Assembly (NCBI RefSeq): GCF_001194135.2
Contig: NC_068981.1
Location: 147,453,314-147,517,313 of the forward strand
Direction: 5' to 3'
Source: Octopus bimaculoides
Lineage: Eukaryota
DNA length: 64,000 nucleotides
Part shown: positions 49,847 to 63,700 of the stretch, one piece after another
Position numbering within the stretch: the first letter of the stretch is position 1
How the letters are laid out: each line of letters opens with the position of its first letter
The notes under the pieces: generated by a model
What the model saw: the letters and a program-made list of their open reading frames with translations, nothing else
Told to the model about the DNA's origin: nothing
Databases searched by the model: none
Position numbers and translations under genes: made by a program

Positions 49847-51145
49847 CAGGATGCGTAAGATATTTGAGGACAGATTTATGTTTATAAACAAAAAGATGTA
49901 TAATAACAGATAACTTTATTTATCAAGATGCTATGAGGATAAAAATATACCTTCTTTTCTATAATGTTATTCAATAAAGCCACCTTCAGCTTCAACAGCT
50001 GCTTCTATATGAGATCTAAATCATCTCCATGCTTGAATCAAGTGGTCCNNNNNNNNNNTGAGATCTAAATCATCTCCATGCTTGAATCAAGTGGTCCTGG
50101 TTCATTTTGGACATTACTCTGACTATGGCAGCTTTCAAAGAATCTTTGGTGTTATGGGCATGTTCATCGACCTCTCTCTCTCAACAACGCTCCACATATA
50201 ATAGTCCAAAGAAATTGAGATCTGGGGAATTAGGAGGTCAAATGTTAGGGGTTATGTGATCATGAAAATTTTCAGCCATCCATTCCTGTGTTACTAGAGC
50301 CATGTATGATAGTGCAGTCTTACTGAAACACATATGGCCTTCCATTGAATATACTGTCTATTCAGGGCTTAACAATTATTTCCAGGATCTCAATGTGGGT
50401 GGCAGAGGTAACTCTAAGGCCTTGTGGAAAGAAGTAAGGAGGCATCACATGTCCATTGCTGACAACCCCTAAAACCATGACAGTTGCAGGAAATTTTGTA
50501 TGCATAACACATGGAACTTCAGAAGGGTCTGCACATAACCATCTGTCATTTCTTCTGTTAACTTTTTGATCTTGGTTGAAGTTTTTCTTGTTTGAGAAAA
50601 ACCAAATCAAATCTTTTGCTGGATTTTTCGATTTGTTTAAGAGCCTTTTAGATCTGATGTAGGGATTTTCTTTTGCTTTTTCTGAGAAATTGACCTTTCC
50701 TCATCATATAAGACTTACATCTGATCTCTTTGTGGACAACATTTCTGACTGTTCTTTCTGACACATGGAGATCTTTTGCAATTGACCTCATGAACTTTCT
50801 GGGATAGTAATCAATGTTGTATTGAACTTGCTGGTTAAATTCAGGTGTTCTGATAATTTCAGAGCATTTAGAATGCTTTTTATGTTTTGATATTGGTGAT
50901 ACGTTTCTATCTTCAGTGCCTAGCTCTTTACAAACTTTGTAGATGGAAGATTTGGCAACTTTTAAAAATTGAGATATTTCTAAATCGCTATGCTCAGCCT
51001 TTATAAACACAATAACATCATGCCTCTTCATTTCTTGAGTAAGCTGAGGGTCTGCCATTATGATTTTCTGAAACAAAGATTATACAGAGTTAGCAAAAAA
51101 TGTAGCAATGACCCCAAAAAGGTATGTCCTCAAATACCTTACGCA

Positions 51146-51148
<3 letters not shown>
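49847..51148 (-). mobile_element. maT (DD37D, Bmmar1-like) transposon, defective
   Basis: TIRs CAGGATGCGTAAGATATTTGAGGACA / TGTCCTCAAATACCTTACGCACCA, embedded in (TA)n. Confidence 0.9.
49900..51058 (-). pseudogene. maT transposase pseudogene
   Basis: HTH region MKRHDVIVF...MRSIAKDLHVSERTVR; WFFSNKKNF (D1 to N), YVFQ*D and *PPNSPDLNF-DYY; 37 residues between D2 and D3 after correcting two frameshifts. Confidence 0.9.
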
Positions 51149-51180
<32 letters not shown>

Positions 51181-51412
51181 AGTTATCTAAGAATCCATAA
51201 TTCAGATAAAAATAGGCACTTGTATATTTGTCATTAGAGTGAGTATATTAATCAAAGTATACAGTATTACAGATCCATTACACCTGGTCTTAGAAATCAG
51301 TTTCACACCTGCCATCTCTGATGTGAACACTTATTAGATAAGTATCCAGTTAATATCTGGTGCAAAACCAATTAGTAAGATCAACTATAATGGATCAATA
51401 ATGCTGTATAGT

Positions 51413-51449
<37 letters not shown>

Positions 51450-53074
51450 GTTTATTCACTGAAGCAATAAACTACAGAACTCAATACATAATTATAGGGT
51501 ATTCTTTAATACATCATAACTAAAAGTGTCATAATTCTAAACTACACATTTCTGATGATTCAGGTGGCAATCCAAGCCAGTTTTTCCTTTGAAGTATCTG
51601 CTGTTTGAATATATCTTTTGAAATATTTTATACTGCCTGACAACACACACACATCATTGAATAGTATATTACTGGCTACAACATATTAACTGGTCAGAAT
51701 GTTAGCGTTAGTTTTGTGCCAGTCATATGCCAAACCAGTAATATACTGCTTGATGATATATAAAGATATAACTGGTCTATTTCTCATACTGAATGTGTTA
51801 TTTTTCTAACTCATGGACAACTAACTGATAGTTTACACACTCCCTTTGCCACAGAATGTATTACAATAGGCCACCACATGGTTTGTATTTTATAGCTACT
51901 TCTCCAGCTGTGTACTTATACACAGTCACAAACAGATTTTCATTATATTATTTTTGCGGACATGGAGTTAAACAATTTCAGTTACTTAACTAAGAACATA
52001 CAGCAGTTGGCATGAAACTGATGGTGACATTTTGACCAGTTATATGCTATAGCCCATAATATACTGCTTGATTATATAAAAATATAACTGCTCTATTTCT
52101 CATACCAAGTTGTGATTTTCCTCTGAATTATGACAACTGATAACACACACACACACACACGTTTGTATGTATGAATGGATGTATCACTGGCATATTTTTA
52201 GAATCTACAGATCAGTAGGTCAACTTTTGTACTTCATTGATTAGACTATAAGTTATTGTCCAGCTACATATGTGCTTTTCTCTGATATGAAATACTGATA
52301 TTGTAAAGTGTATTAAGATTTGTAAAAAGGCATTAGCAGTTAAATAATATGAATAAATTACATCTTCAGTTTCTAACTTGTATACATAGAAACAGGTTTG
52401 GTTAAATAATAGCGTACAATAAGAAATGAAGGTTTTAATTGCATCAATCAAACTCTCCAACTGATACCAAATTACCTTATTTTTTTTGTTTTTTTTCAGA
52501 GAGGAATTAGTTTCCAATACATTTAACATTTTCAATAACAATAAACAAGTCTCAAGGATAAACGTTTGAGAAAGTTGCATAATTTTGTCATAAACAAACA
52601 TTTTCTCATCTCTTCTAGTGCAGGTAGAAAAATAGCTAATAACTCTCAAGATAAAAAGAGGTGACAAGTGTATAACAATGAATATAGTTTACAAAGATGT
52701 TCTCTCTGAAGATTACGTCTTTAGTACTACTTAAGTAGACTTTTCACTATCTCAAGAGTCAAATACTTGATAGAATTTCAAAATTAATTACCTATTTTAT
52801 ATAAACTTACAGCAATGTTATAGTTAGTAAAATGATCACGGAATTTTCATGAGTACTGCTAATATTAAACGTTAAAATCCCAAGATACAATTGTCATACA
52901 AAAGTTGAATCATTTCAAACTAATTCATAATATTTATTTGAAATTCACTATTTGTATCATGTATGAACTATTTAGTTTTATCTAAACCAAACTGTCAAAA
53001 ATATACAGGAAATGGTAATGTAAATAACTAGCATTAAGTTGGTATTAAGATGTGAAAATTAGATTTGAAAAATC

Positions 53075-53345
53075 ACATCCAGGAATAGCTGTGAGGTTAA
53101 GAAGCACACTTGCAACCACGTGCTTTCAGATTCAGTTCCACCGTGTGGCACCTTGGGTAAGTATTTTGTACTACAAACCTGGGCTTCCCAATGTCTTGTG
53201 AGTGAATCTGGTAGCTGGAAACTGTGTGGAAGCCCATTATATATGTGTCTGTTCTCACCACTGCTAGACAACTCTTGTTGATCTGTTTATGTCGCCATAA
53301 CTTAGCAGTTCAGCAAAAGAGGTAGACAAAATAAATACTAGACTT
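53075..53345 (+). mobile_element. SINE family A copy
   Basis: TAGCTGTGAGG head, GATTCAGTTCC box B, and CATAACTTAGCAGTTCAGCAAAAGAG body. Confidence 0.8.
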
Positions 53346-53369
53346 TATGATTACCTAGGAATATTGATT

Positions 53370-53553
53370 TCAAATTTTGGCACAAGGCCAGCAATTTCAA
53401 CTTCAGTGCTCAACTGGCACTTATTTTATCAACTCCAAAAGGATGAAAGACAAAGTCAACTTTGGCGAAATTTGAACTCAGAAGATAAAGATGGATAAAA
53501 TGCCACTAAGCATTTTGCCCAGCATGCTAATGATTCTGCCAACCTGCTACCTT
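53370..53553 (-). mobile_element. SINE family B copy
   Basis: AAAAGGATGAAAGACAAAGTCAACTTTGGCGAAATTTGAACTCAG reverse core and box B. Confidence 0.85.
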
Positions 53554-55647
53554 ATGTTTACATAAGAATATTGTGAACATCTTATATCTGAAGGATTCTG
53601 GAAACTTTAACTAGTTTCGCATAGATAAAAAAGACAAAAGAATAAATGTCCAAGTAACAAGACAGAAAACACACATCCTCAGAGATATTAAAGATGTGAA
53701 GGTAAACTTACTGCTCAGGACAGAAGAACATTAATAAAGAGAAAAGATATTAGAGCAACTAGAACCAATTTGAGATGGAAAAGTATTGTATTTCATGCAA
53801 AAAAATTGTTTATTGCTCACTGGTTTTTAACACATTTTCATGTGCATTTTTGTCACGTGCGTCACAAGCAATAGCATTATACACGCACATATATGTTTGT
53901 GTGTGTATATTTATGTGTACACGTGTAAATGAACATCACCAAACAAGCAAGGTAGTTTGTTTCTAGTCTTTCATGCAAAAATATGCCTAGCCATGGAAAA
54001 ACATTACCCTGCTTGGAAACAGGTGAGGGTTGGCAACAAGAAGGGCCTATGGACATAGGAAACCTGCCTCAACAAATTTTGTCTGACCGATACCAGCATG
54101 GAAAAGTTGACATTTGATGATGATGGTATACATGTCTGCACACATAACAGACTGTCTTGTAAAACACTCTCAGTTGAATAAATGGAAATTCATTAACATG
54201 TAATGTTACAGTCATATTCCTTCTTGTCTGAGGAGCCTATAGATTTCAAAATAGAACTACTGACATCTAAGAGAATTACAGGTTTCCGAAAAACTCAACA
54301 CAATAGTATTTATCCATTGTGTATGAAGGTGTTATTAAAAAATTCCTTAAGTTATTTGTTGTTGCAACACAAAAAAGAGACTTCACATTGAAAATCTAAG
54401 TAGTTACTTCATGAATAAAGATAGCTTAGCAATTAAAATATAAAATTAAAGTAGTAATTGGACATTACAAGCAGAATAGTTGGACCAATTTTAGGACTAC
54501 AAGCACATATAGATGCAAGACTGAAGACACAAGAACTCTTGGAGCCAATATCATATCATGAATATGGTAATATTTCATGTCATCACTTATGCTAATAAAT
54601 CTAATAAGCTAATAAATCTAATAAATAAAATTGATTTTGAAATGGAAAATGGACAGCTTGTGGAAAAAGATAAACAATAACTCAATGCACAGAGTTTCTT
54701 GCTAATTATGTATATAACAAATAAAACAAAACAAAAAAAGGAAAATGTCAAATAAAAGAAGAAAGATTTGTGAACATAAAAATAAGAAAATCCTTTTATT
54801 CAGATTAAATTCATATCAGCATGAAAATGTTTAGAAAATATTTAGATATATATAATTCAACCTAGTGCTGTGTGTTTGATTCATCATTCTTGTCAGTAAA
54901 GCATAATTTTTTTTTCCACAAACTTGATTGACAGAGAGAGGGAGGGAGGTAGAAAGAAAATAAGAGAGCAAGTGTATGTATGTATGTGATGTAACCCAAA
55001 GTCAGCTCAAATCTGGCAGGCCTATAATCAAAAATGCTCCAGGCATAACCATCCTGCATTACTTTTCAAACACTATATTTGGGACAACTTAACCCAGTAT
55101 GTTGTTTTCTTTTTCAAGATTGTAGGGTGTGATTTGTGGGAAATTTTGCTATTTCTAACAGTACGAGAGACTGTAAAAGTACTGTTTTTCTTTCCCTTTT
55201 TTCGTTGAAAGGCTATATATCCAGAAATAATACTTTATTTCAAGATATAAACATCACAACTCTGTATACAAATTCTCACAAGTTTTTTGCCAAGCCGAAA
55301 AGAAAGATGTCACTTTAGTCCACATTTTTAGTTCAACATAAGTACTTTTGAAAATGAAATATGCATATGTAAACTGCAACAAAGTATAAGCTACATCACT
55401 GACATATTTTACAGATTCAGTCTGCTAAACACCATTTGAAATAAGTAAAATGTTAGACTAAAATTCAAAATTAAAAACAAAATTCTAATAAATTTAGATA
55501 TCAAAGTAATTAGATTAACAAAAATGAAAGTAAAGAAAATTAGAAATTCAAAGTAAATCATAGGATTTCTAAACCCACATGAAGTGCTTAATATACAAAA
55601 TTATACACACACACACGCACACACACACATATATATATATATATAAT

Positions 55648-56040
55648 AGGTGTAGGTATGGTTGTGAAGCTTGCTTCCCAACCATCTGGTCTTGGGTTCA
55701 GTTTCACCAAACAGGACCTTAGGCAAGTGTCTTCTATAACCCCAGGCAGACCAAAGCCTGATGAGTGGATTTTGTAGACAGAAACTGAAAGCCAATCATA
55801 CATATATATATGAGCATTATATGTGTGTTTGTGTGTACCCCTGTACACATCATGTGATAATTGTAAATGAGCATCACTGTCATACAAGCAAGGCTGTTCA
55901 TTACCAGTCTTCCACGAAAAATATGTCTAGTTACAGGAAATTATCTTGTTTGACAAACTGGTGAAGGTTGTTTACAGAAAGGGCATCTAGCATCTGATCA
56001 TGCATGAATGGAAAAGTGAAAGCTAAATGATGATGATGAC
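55648..56040 (+). mobile_element. Composite SINE (A head plus RTE tail); tail-only copy at 53920-54125
   Basis: GGGTTCAG...GGCAAGTGTCTTCTA head and GAAAGGGCATCTAGC...(GAT)n tail. Confidence 0.75.
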
Positions 56041-56810
56041 ATATAACATCAACATTATAGCAAATTGTTCATAAAATTAAGAAATCTGAATGTAAAAAGA
56101 CAAAAAAAAAAAAAAAANNNNNNNNNNAAAAAAAAAAAAAAAAAAAAAAAAGAATAATAAAGGATGGTGAAGGTGTTAAATTTGTTTTTATTAAATCATC
56201 AAATGTTATTATCATCATTTTTTAAAGTTTACTTTCCATACTTACACAAGTCAGATGAGAGCATATTGGAGCAGAGTTTTCTACATACAAATGCTCTGCA
56301 TGTCATCAGTACCCCACTTGTTTCCAAGTGAGGTAATAAACTAAGATATGTTTATAGAGAGAAATGGAAACACATGACACCATATGAATGGAAAAGATTG
56401 TGCATTATGTCAAAACATGTTAGGAAGCCCAGAAATGCTTCTGTAGTGGGTAACAAGCAAATGACAATGTTAATGAAGCCATTGTCAACGATGGACTTCT
56501 TTCATTTTCTGTTTATCAAATCCACTCACAAGTTTTAGGCTGGCCTGGGGCTTATAGTAGAAGACACTTGACCAAGGTGCCATATTGCGGGACTGAATCT
56601 GAAGCCACATTACTGGGAAGTGAACTTCTTAACTAACTAACCATCTGGTTAATAAAAATCACAAAAACTGGCAGAAAGTAAAGGAAGAAAAATCTATCAA
56701 AAACACCAGACAATGTTTTGAACAAAATATTGAAAAACTACATTCCTTCCTACTTTGAAAGTAAATGAACATATAAAAAAAAAAAATTTTTTTTTAATAA
56801 AATTCCATTT

Positions 56811-56845
<35 letters not shown>

Positions 56846-57814
56846 ACCAGATAATTTCACACATGACCAAATAAATGAGCTGAGTTACATTGGATGAAAC
56901 TTTCCTATTTATGTGTGTGCACATGTGTGAAAACAAAGACATCAAATTTAGCAAATTATTGACATGCATTCTTAGGTTTTCTTAAACTTCAACAAGTTGT
57001 AAATTTACTCAAGATGGAAGTAAACAGAAGAAATATTGCCATCATTTTCGAAAATAAAACCAAAGAAAACCACAACTAGATTCAAATGTCAACAGGATGT
57101 TTAACAAGATTTAGAAGGTCAATTAATCAATCAATAATCAGGAATTGATTTTTTTTTTAAAGCAGTAAAATGTTTATTGAATACTAATATAAATGATGAA
57201 ATAATTGCAAAATGTAGTTGTATTGATTTTGTTAAACTTAAAGACACTTCATTAATATTATTTCATATATAGTTAAACAATTAGAAAAAAACCCCAAAGA
57301 CATTATGAATGAGATATAAGAAATCAGCTTATAATCCAATTGATTTATACTGAGTATAGTCAAGACTATTTCTCTATCAGGCCATAAAATTATGTTCCAG
57401 TAACAAATTTGAATATTAAAGATTTAGACAGTTGGATATAATAATGTTTTGAAGAACTATAATAAAAACTTTAAAAAAAGTATAAATGTTCAATGCATAA
57501 CATGAAATCTTAAGCTGGCCAATTTAAAATATTCAATGCAAGCCATAAAATATATTTTGTCAACTTAATGAAGGTGCTTCTATGTGGTTGGTTGTTCAAC
57601 ATGTCAGAAACAACATCTAAATCACCCTCAAATAACACCCTAATGTTTTCAAAAATATATGGACACATTATTTGATATAGCCTCAAGTAATCTTGAATGC
57701 GGCATTGGTTATGGCTGGAATGCATTTAATCACTGAGGTGTGCTCAATAATTGTTGACATGGAGCTAAATAACAACTTCTTTGTTGATATCTAATATTTT
57801 TTTTATGAGTGTAG

Positions 57815-58045
57815 AGAGAGAGGCAAAGTGGCAAGCTAGCAGATTCACTAGTGCAATTGAACAAAATGCTTAGCAGCATTTCTCCCAACTCTTGTGTTCA
57901 AATCATGCTGAGGTCAACTTTGCCTTTCATCCTTTCACAGTCGATAATAGATATCAGTTGGTTGGACACTGGAGGTCAATCTAACTGACTTACCCCATCC
58001 TCCTAAGACTTGTTGGCCTTATGCCAGAATTTGAAACCATTATTG
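57815..58045 (+). mobile_element. SINE family B copy
   Basis: GAGGTCAACTTTGCCTTTCATCCTTTCACAGTCGATAA core. Confidence 0.85.
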
Positions 58046-58265
58046 TAGAGCAGAGAGAGAGAAACAAGCAATTAAACACAATACAAATTAAAATCAAGAG
58101 ACCTATTCTTCAAAGAACAAAAACTTGGTCTGTAATAAGAAATCAAAAGGAATGATTAACCAATTACAGAATTTCATCTAAGCATAGAGCTAGCTAGCTA
58201 GCTAACAACATGGCTCAGGCTAAAATGTACATTGCAGCCTTGTTCCATTACCACAATATTTTTAA

Positions 58266-58494
58266 CCCTTTAGCATTTAAACTGGCTATATCCAGCCCAA
58301 ATATTCCAAATATTCTACCTGTTTTATGTTCAAACTGGCCATATTCAGCCTCTCACAACTACCCTACAATGTCATACTAAAAGTAAATATGCACATCATT
58401 GAAATCTCGATACAAAAAGATAATGCACAAATAATTCAAAACAGTGGGAATAAATAAACATCACATTAGACAGAATAATCTGAATGCTAAAGGG
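58266..58494. mobile_element. piggyBac-type MITE
   Basis: TTAA|CCCTTTAGCATT ... AATGCTAAAGGG|TTAA; perfect 12-bp TIR; same family as 11638-11856. Confidence 0.92.
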
Positions 58495-58619
58495 TTAAAA
58501 TAAATTATGCTTGAATCAACTGCATATATTCTCCATTTTACTTCTCTGGATATTGAGAAATGTTCAAAAACTACTTTTTACATTCCAGCTTAATTCTAAA
58601 ATCTTTTCAGAAAATCCAC

Positions 58620-59950
58620 CCAAACAGGATTAAAAATTTATGAAATTATCAAGGTAATATGAAAGCCTTTATTCAGCTGCTTAACTGGTAGTCAGACACC
58701 TCAACTCCTACAGTATCATCTTTGAAAAGAAGACACATTGGATTAATTTTGAACATGTGACTGTCTAGCATGCGACTGGATCTGAGACTGTATTTTGAAA
58801 CAAACAATTAGTGTGGAAGAATCATTTTCAAAACCACACAAAAACGATTAACTTTACTTAAGCATTTATTATTCAGTATCAAAATTTTTGTTGCATTAAC
58901 TTCAACCTGGCTGCTGACACATGTAGCCCTAGATATGGTGTCTGATAAAAAAGAAAAAGACTGGATGGTCACAACTGGAGTGTCATTAATTAGTGTCAGT
59001 TTCATCCTATTTTTATTCAGGGAAATGGTGATTGATATTACATGGTCATCAGGAATAGCAATCAGGTTTCAGATGTACAAATGAAGGTAATCTTTTGGAA
59101 CTTAAGATATTAAGTAGAAATGCTGTTATCGGAGCAAAATTTATTACTAAGTGATTGAAATGCAACATATTTCAATGCTAACATACAAAATGATGAGATA
59201 CAGTCCTTATCAGCCTACGTTCTATCAAAAGTAATAGCTGAAACCAAAATGGCAATTAATAATATCAGCAGAACTGCAATATAACCATAAATGGCAATGC
59301 AACAGAGTGATTTATAAAATTCAGCAAATTACCTGGAACAATGCCCGAAAATCTTTTAAAGATATTTCTTTGAACAATCAAAAACTTAGGGTTGTCAATA
59401 ACTGTGGGTAACTCAGTCACTCTTTCAATGAAGCAAATACTATGTTGGGTGAAATATGTGGTCTTCAAATAAAGGTTAAGGACACTATTTCAAACATATT
59501 CTTCAAACACAGCTATGCACATAATTTAAATTTGGTTTTAAGTGATACAGTAAACTTCAATATTCAAACCAAGTTAATTTGTTGAAACTCTAGAAAGTGA
59601 CAATACCATTTTTTCTTAACAGTACAAGAAGAGCAATGCAGTTATATCAGATCTGTTGTACTGTTTCTAGAGATAATTCTAATACAATATGGGCATCCAG
59701 AAAGTCAGCACTGGAGGAAGTGGTAGTTATTTTACACAGTTTTCTGAATGATGAGATACTGCACTCCTAAGCATCTAGCTGAGCAAAGAATATGCTAGAA
59801 ACCCTCAATACTTCAGAATTCTCAGCTATCCTTATACTCTAGAGTAAAGTATTAGACAAAACCTTCAGTATATCCATATATTTACAAGCAAGTCATCTAG
59901 AGCTAGTAACAACCTTTCATTTGATAACATTTTGGAAAAACATGCAAAAT
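58620..59950 (-). pseudogene. Highly decayed LINE RT (RTE-like)
   Basis: Contains SADFLDAHIV...*YNCIALL (cf. DF.DA.IV...NYRGISLL), SGIVPGNLLNFI (cf. GIP..LLN.I) and INDTPVVTIQSFSFLSDTIS (cf. I.G..I..V.SF.YLGS.IS), in the correct order. Confidence 0.6.
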
Positions 59951-60799
59951 GAGTAAAAATCTCAATTTAAGTAAATTGAAAATGAAGCAACTGAGTTCAC
60001 TCCAAAATTTACATTCTTCTTAGCATGAGTCTTTGAGTGTTACGCTTAACTATGAAACAAAATCAAGAACCTAACTGAAATCTTTTACTTAATGAAACAC
60101 TATTATGATTATCTATAAATTTAAAGCATTTATAAAGTCTAGAATTTCCATGAGTCCTAGTAGTGTGATATTATAGAGACTATAAAAATCCTATGATATA
60201 TTGTGCAAGAAAAAGAATATTTGATACCTGAAAGTAATTATAGTTCAATTATTATTTGTCCTTAGATTTAGTTATAGTAATATGGGTAGAAGATCTTGGT
60301 AATTTAAAAAAAAAATTGTAGTTATTCTAATTTTAAATAGGAATTTAAAATTATTTGATATGCCTCCTAGCATTTAAGTTTAAGAGCTCATTCCACTTAA
60401 CTTTAGAATCTGGCTATGGCCCTAGCAAGTTGAAATCTTCAGACAACTGTTATAACGCTATCATGATTCACCAACATTACCCATGGATACAGCATATAAC
60501 TGATTTAAGATGGAAATGGCATGCCCATTGCTTATATAGAAATATATAGATAAAAGAACAGTGAGTATATAGATAAAAGAACAGAGAAAGAACAAAAAAA
60601 AAAAAGCAATTGTTTTAAAACACTATAAATATAACATTATTCTTAATCACAAAAGATAAGTTATGTTGGAATAATTTTATGGCTCCTCACTTCCTTTTGA
60701 GAATCTGCACTTCATATGTAGTGATGTAACTACCCATTAATTAACTGTGAAGATTAGCATGATTTAGTAGGGTTAGTAGTTTGGGAGGGGTTGGAGATT

Positions 60800-63700
60800 A
60801 GATATTAGTGGCAGTAATAGTTGCAAAAAATTGATAATGCTGATTTGTTATAAACAAAACTACATTGCCTGATCACACGATTTAGGCAGTGGCTCGACAA
60901 GAGATGGAAAAGCTGGTGATGTCGACCCATTGATAACATTATCATGATTAGCTAATGTGTTTGAAGAAGGATATTTAGGAGCTACTTCTTCCAATTGATG
61001 TTAACCTAACTTTTTATTTTATCTGCATGTTAATCCAGACAGCATTTCTGCCAGCAACAATCAGATAAAAAGCATCTGCAGGAAATTTCATTATTTCATT
61101 CGCAAAATGAACCGTTTGTCCAATCTCATAAAAAAGGGTTTACTGCAACTCTTAATTGTCTGTCAAGAAATTTCTCAGCTGGAGATAACTTGCATATATC
61201 TAATACACCGCAATGTTTGAAAAGAACCTTTAGCAAATACTTCACAAACTTTCCAACTGATAGACTACATGTAACCTTTTAATGCAGACTTTGTTTGCAT
61301 TTTATTGTACCATTTTATCGTACCATTAGATTTTGGATTCTAAGTAGTGCTATCAATTTTCTTGCACACAAGTTGGGTTAATCAGTCTTTTTATTGAAAA
61401 GATTCTGGACCACTGCCTAATACCATTAATACCATATGTAGAAGATGGAAAAGTGACATTTCCATACATTTCCTGAACTCTTGCTGCAGCACAAAAAGCC
61501 AAATAGTCAACTATGATCAATACAGTTCCAGAAATTTGAGTGTTTCTCAAACCCATATATAATCTTTCCTACAGTCAAGATTCAAATTCTTTAACAGTGT
61601 AATGGTGCCTTTCAAGAATGCCTTTAAATCTGATTTTAGAACAAATGTCACAAGATCTGACAAAATATTCAGAGTTTCTACCAAAATTAAGCCAGCATAC
61701 AAGCCTTCGATTTTTTTCATTGTTTGGTGTACACCTATGTGTCTGTCATGAATTGTAGGAAGAACTTTTGCATAAGTTTAATATAAATATAGTCTTTTTT
61801 ATCTATTCTATTGTTAAAATACATTTACTACAGTCAATTCAGAACAAATGATAAATTGTCACTCTCAAAGGGTTAGTCTAAAACAAGCTTTTCTAGCAAA
61901 CATAAAGAGTAAATGTGTTGAAATAATTTTTGAGGTCTTCTTCTGATTGGAACATCAGCAAAAAATTCATGATTACTGAGGTCACAATATTGCATGAAAC
62001 TGATCTTAATTACATGTTAGTCTACAAACAGCCTCAACATGATTGATGGTTTTACGAAGTATTTTGAATAATTTAAAAATCATAATGATAATATGAGGAT
62101 CCATCTGGCAATCTGCTGCTGGAAAGAAACATCATGATCATTTGTAAAAATAAATTTCAATAGCTGATGATCAGACTCTAGTGTTAAAAATTTCTCTGAG
62201 GTATGGCTGTGTGGTTAAGAAACTCACTTTGCAATCATGCGGTTTCTGGTTCAGTCTCACTGTCTGGCAACTTGGACAAGTGTCTTCTATTATAATCCCA
62301 AGCCAATCAATGCTTTGTGAGTGAATTTGGTGGACAGAAACTGTGTGGAATCTCACTGTGTGTGTGTGTTTGCCTCACACTCTACTGCTTGGCAACCAGT
62401 GTCTGTTTACAGTCTTATAACTTAGCAGTTCAGTAAAAGAGACCAACAGAATAAGTAACAAGCTTAAAAAACAAGTACTGGGGGTAATTGTTTGACTAAA
62501 CCCTTCTAAGCAGTGTCCCAGCATGGCCACAATCCAATGACTGAAACGAGTAAAAGATTAAAAATACTAAACTACTAGATAAGCTTTATATTCAATACTG
62601 CTTAAATTTCTCTGAATACTATCATGACTAATAGGATAAATAATATATATGATTGATATATACTCTAGGCTTTATCTTTTGAGACAATTCTGCTCTTGCA
62701 AATTCAAAAGCATCAATATGATGACTTGTTTCACACTCAGTAGGAAACATTACCCAAACAGGATATTGTGCAAGAAGTCCTTTCTTTTTACTTAATAGGC
62801 ATATTTTTAATGCGTCCCCATTTTTTGTCTGCTAGAAGAGGCTCAACACGAGCCTCACTTCCTTCTTTAGATTTAGGAACATTAATCTTTTCTATTAATA
62901 ATGACTTGATTTCATCCTTTGAAATATTCATTCATAAGAAATCTAAAAGGCTCAATAATTAAGGGCTTTTATTTAGATTAATTGATACATTGACGCCTTT
63001 TAGTCTAGCAATAACTTCATTTTCTTGGTTCTCCAATTTATTCAGTATTGCTACAAAGATGAATATATTGTCATGATAGATAAATTATATCATTAATTCC
63101 TTTTAGAATAGCTTCCATATGAGGTTGTAAAATGAAACTGCTACTTTTGAGACTCATCTGAAGCTGATAGACAAAGTACAAAGCTTTGCTTGTATTTAGT
63201 GCAAGCTCTTAGAGCTCTCATCCAAACCTATCTGCCAATATACACTTTTTAAATCAGTTGCTTCTTACATATTAGTGAGTGACTATCATTTCAAAATGAG
63301 GAACTGGAAGAGAAAATGTTTGAATTGTGTCACTTTGTAATGATTAGAAGTTCTTAATTTCTCACCTTTCTTTGATACCAAACAATTGGTGAGGTATTGT
63401 TTGCAACTCTATGCAGACATGGAATTATAATTATCATTACTTGAAGATTGTGAAGTTTATTTTCAGCTTTCTTTCTGGAGGTGTATTGTAAGTGGGCAGG
63501 ACAAACAAATTGTATTTTTAATCATAATTGATACTGAAACGTTAGTGCTGTAACCTTTTATTAGTGACCAATAATTAGAAACAGAAATATGACATGATTT
63601 TAGAGTCTCTGTACTAATTAATCCTAAATTATAAGTGTTACTAAACCACAACAAAATTGGAGTGCTGTTTTTTTAACTTCAAAGTCAAAGAAAGCTGTTG

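Noticed and set aside
50009-50097. 39-bp duplication inside the maT element
   Set aside because: It flanks a 10-N gap, so it is an assembly overlap artefact.
57510-57725. 71-aa minus ORF as a LINE C-terminus
   Set aside because: It overlaps a copy of the old dispersed CCCTCAAAT..ACACCCT element on plus.
58812-59087. Plus-strand open frame with two hydrophobic segments
   Set aside because: It is antisense to a decayed LINE RT frame and has no good splice or start context.
60600-60720. Polypurine tract and 3' LTR of the Gypsy element
   Set aside because: The purine run on minus (CAAAAGGAAGTGAGGAG) is not followed by TG, and there is no second LTR in the window for comparison.
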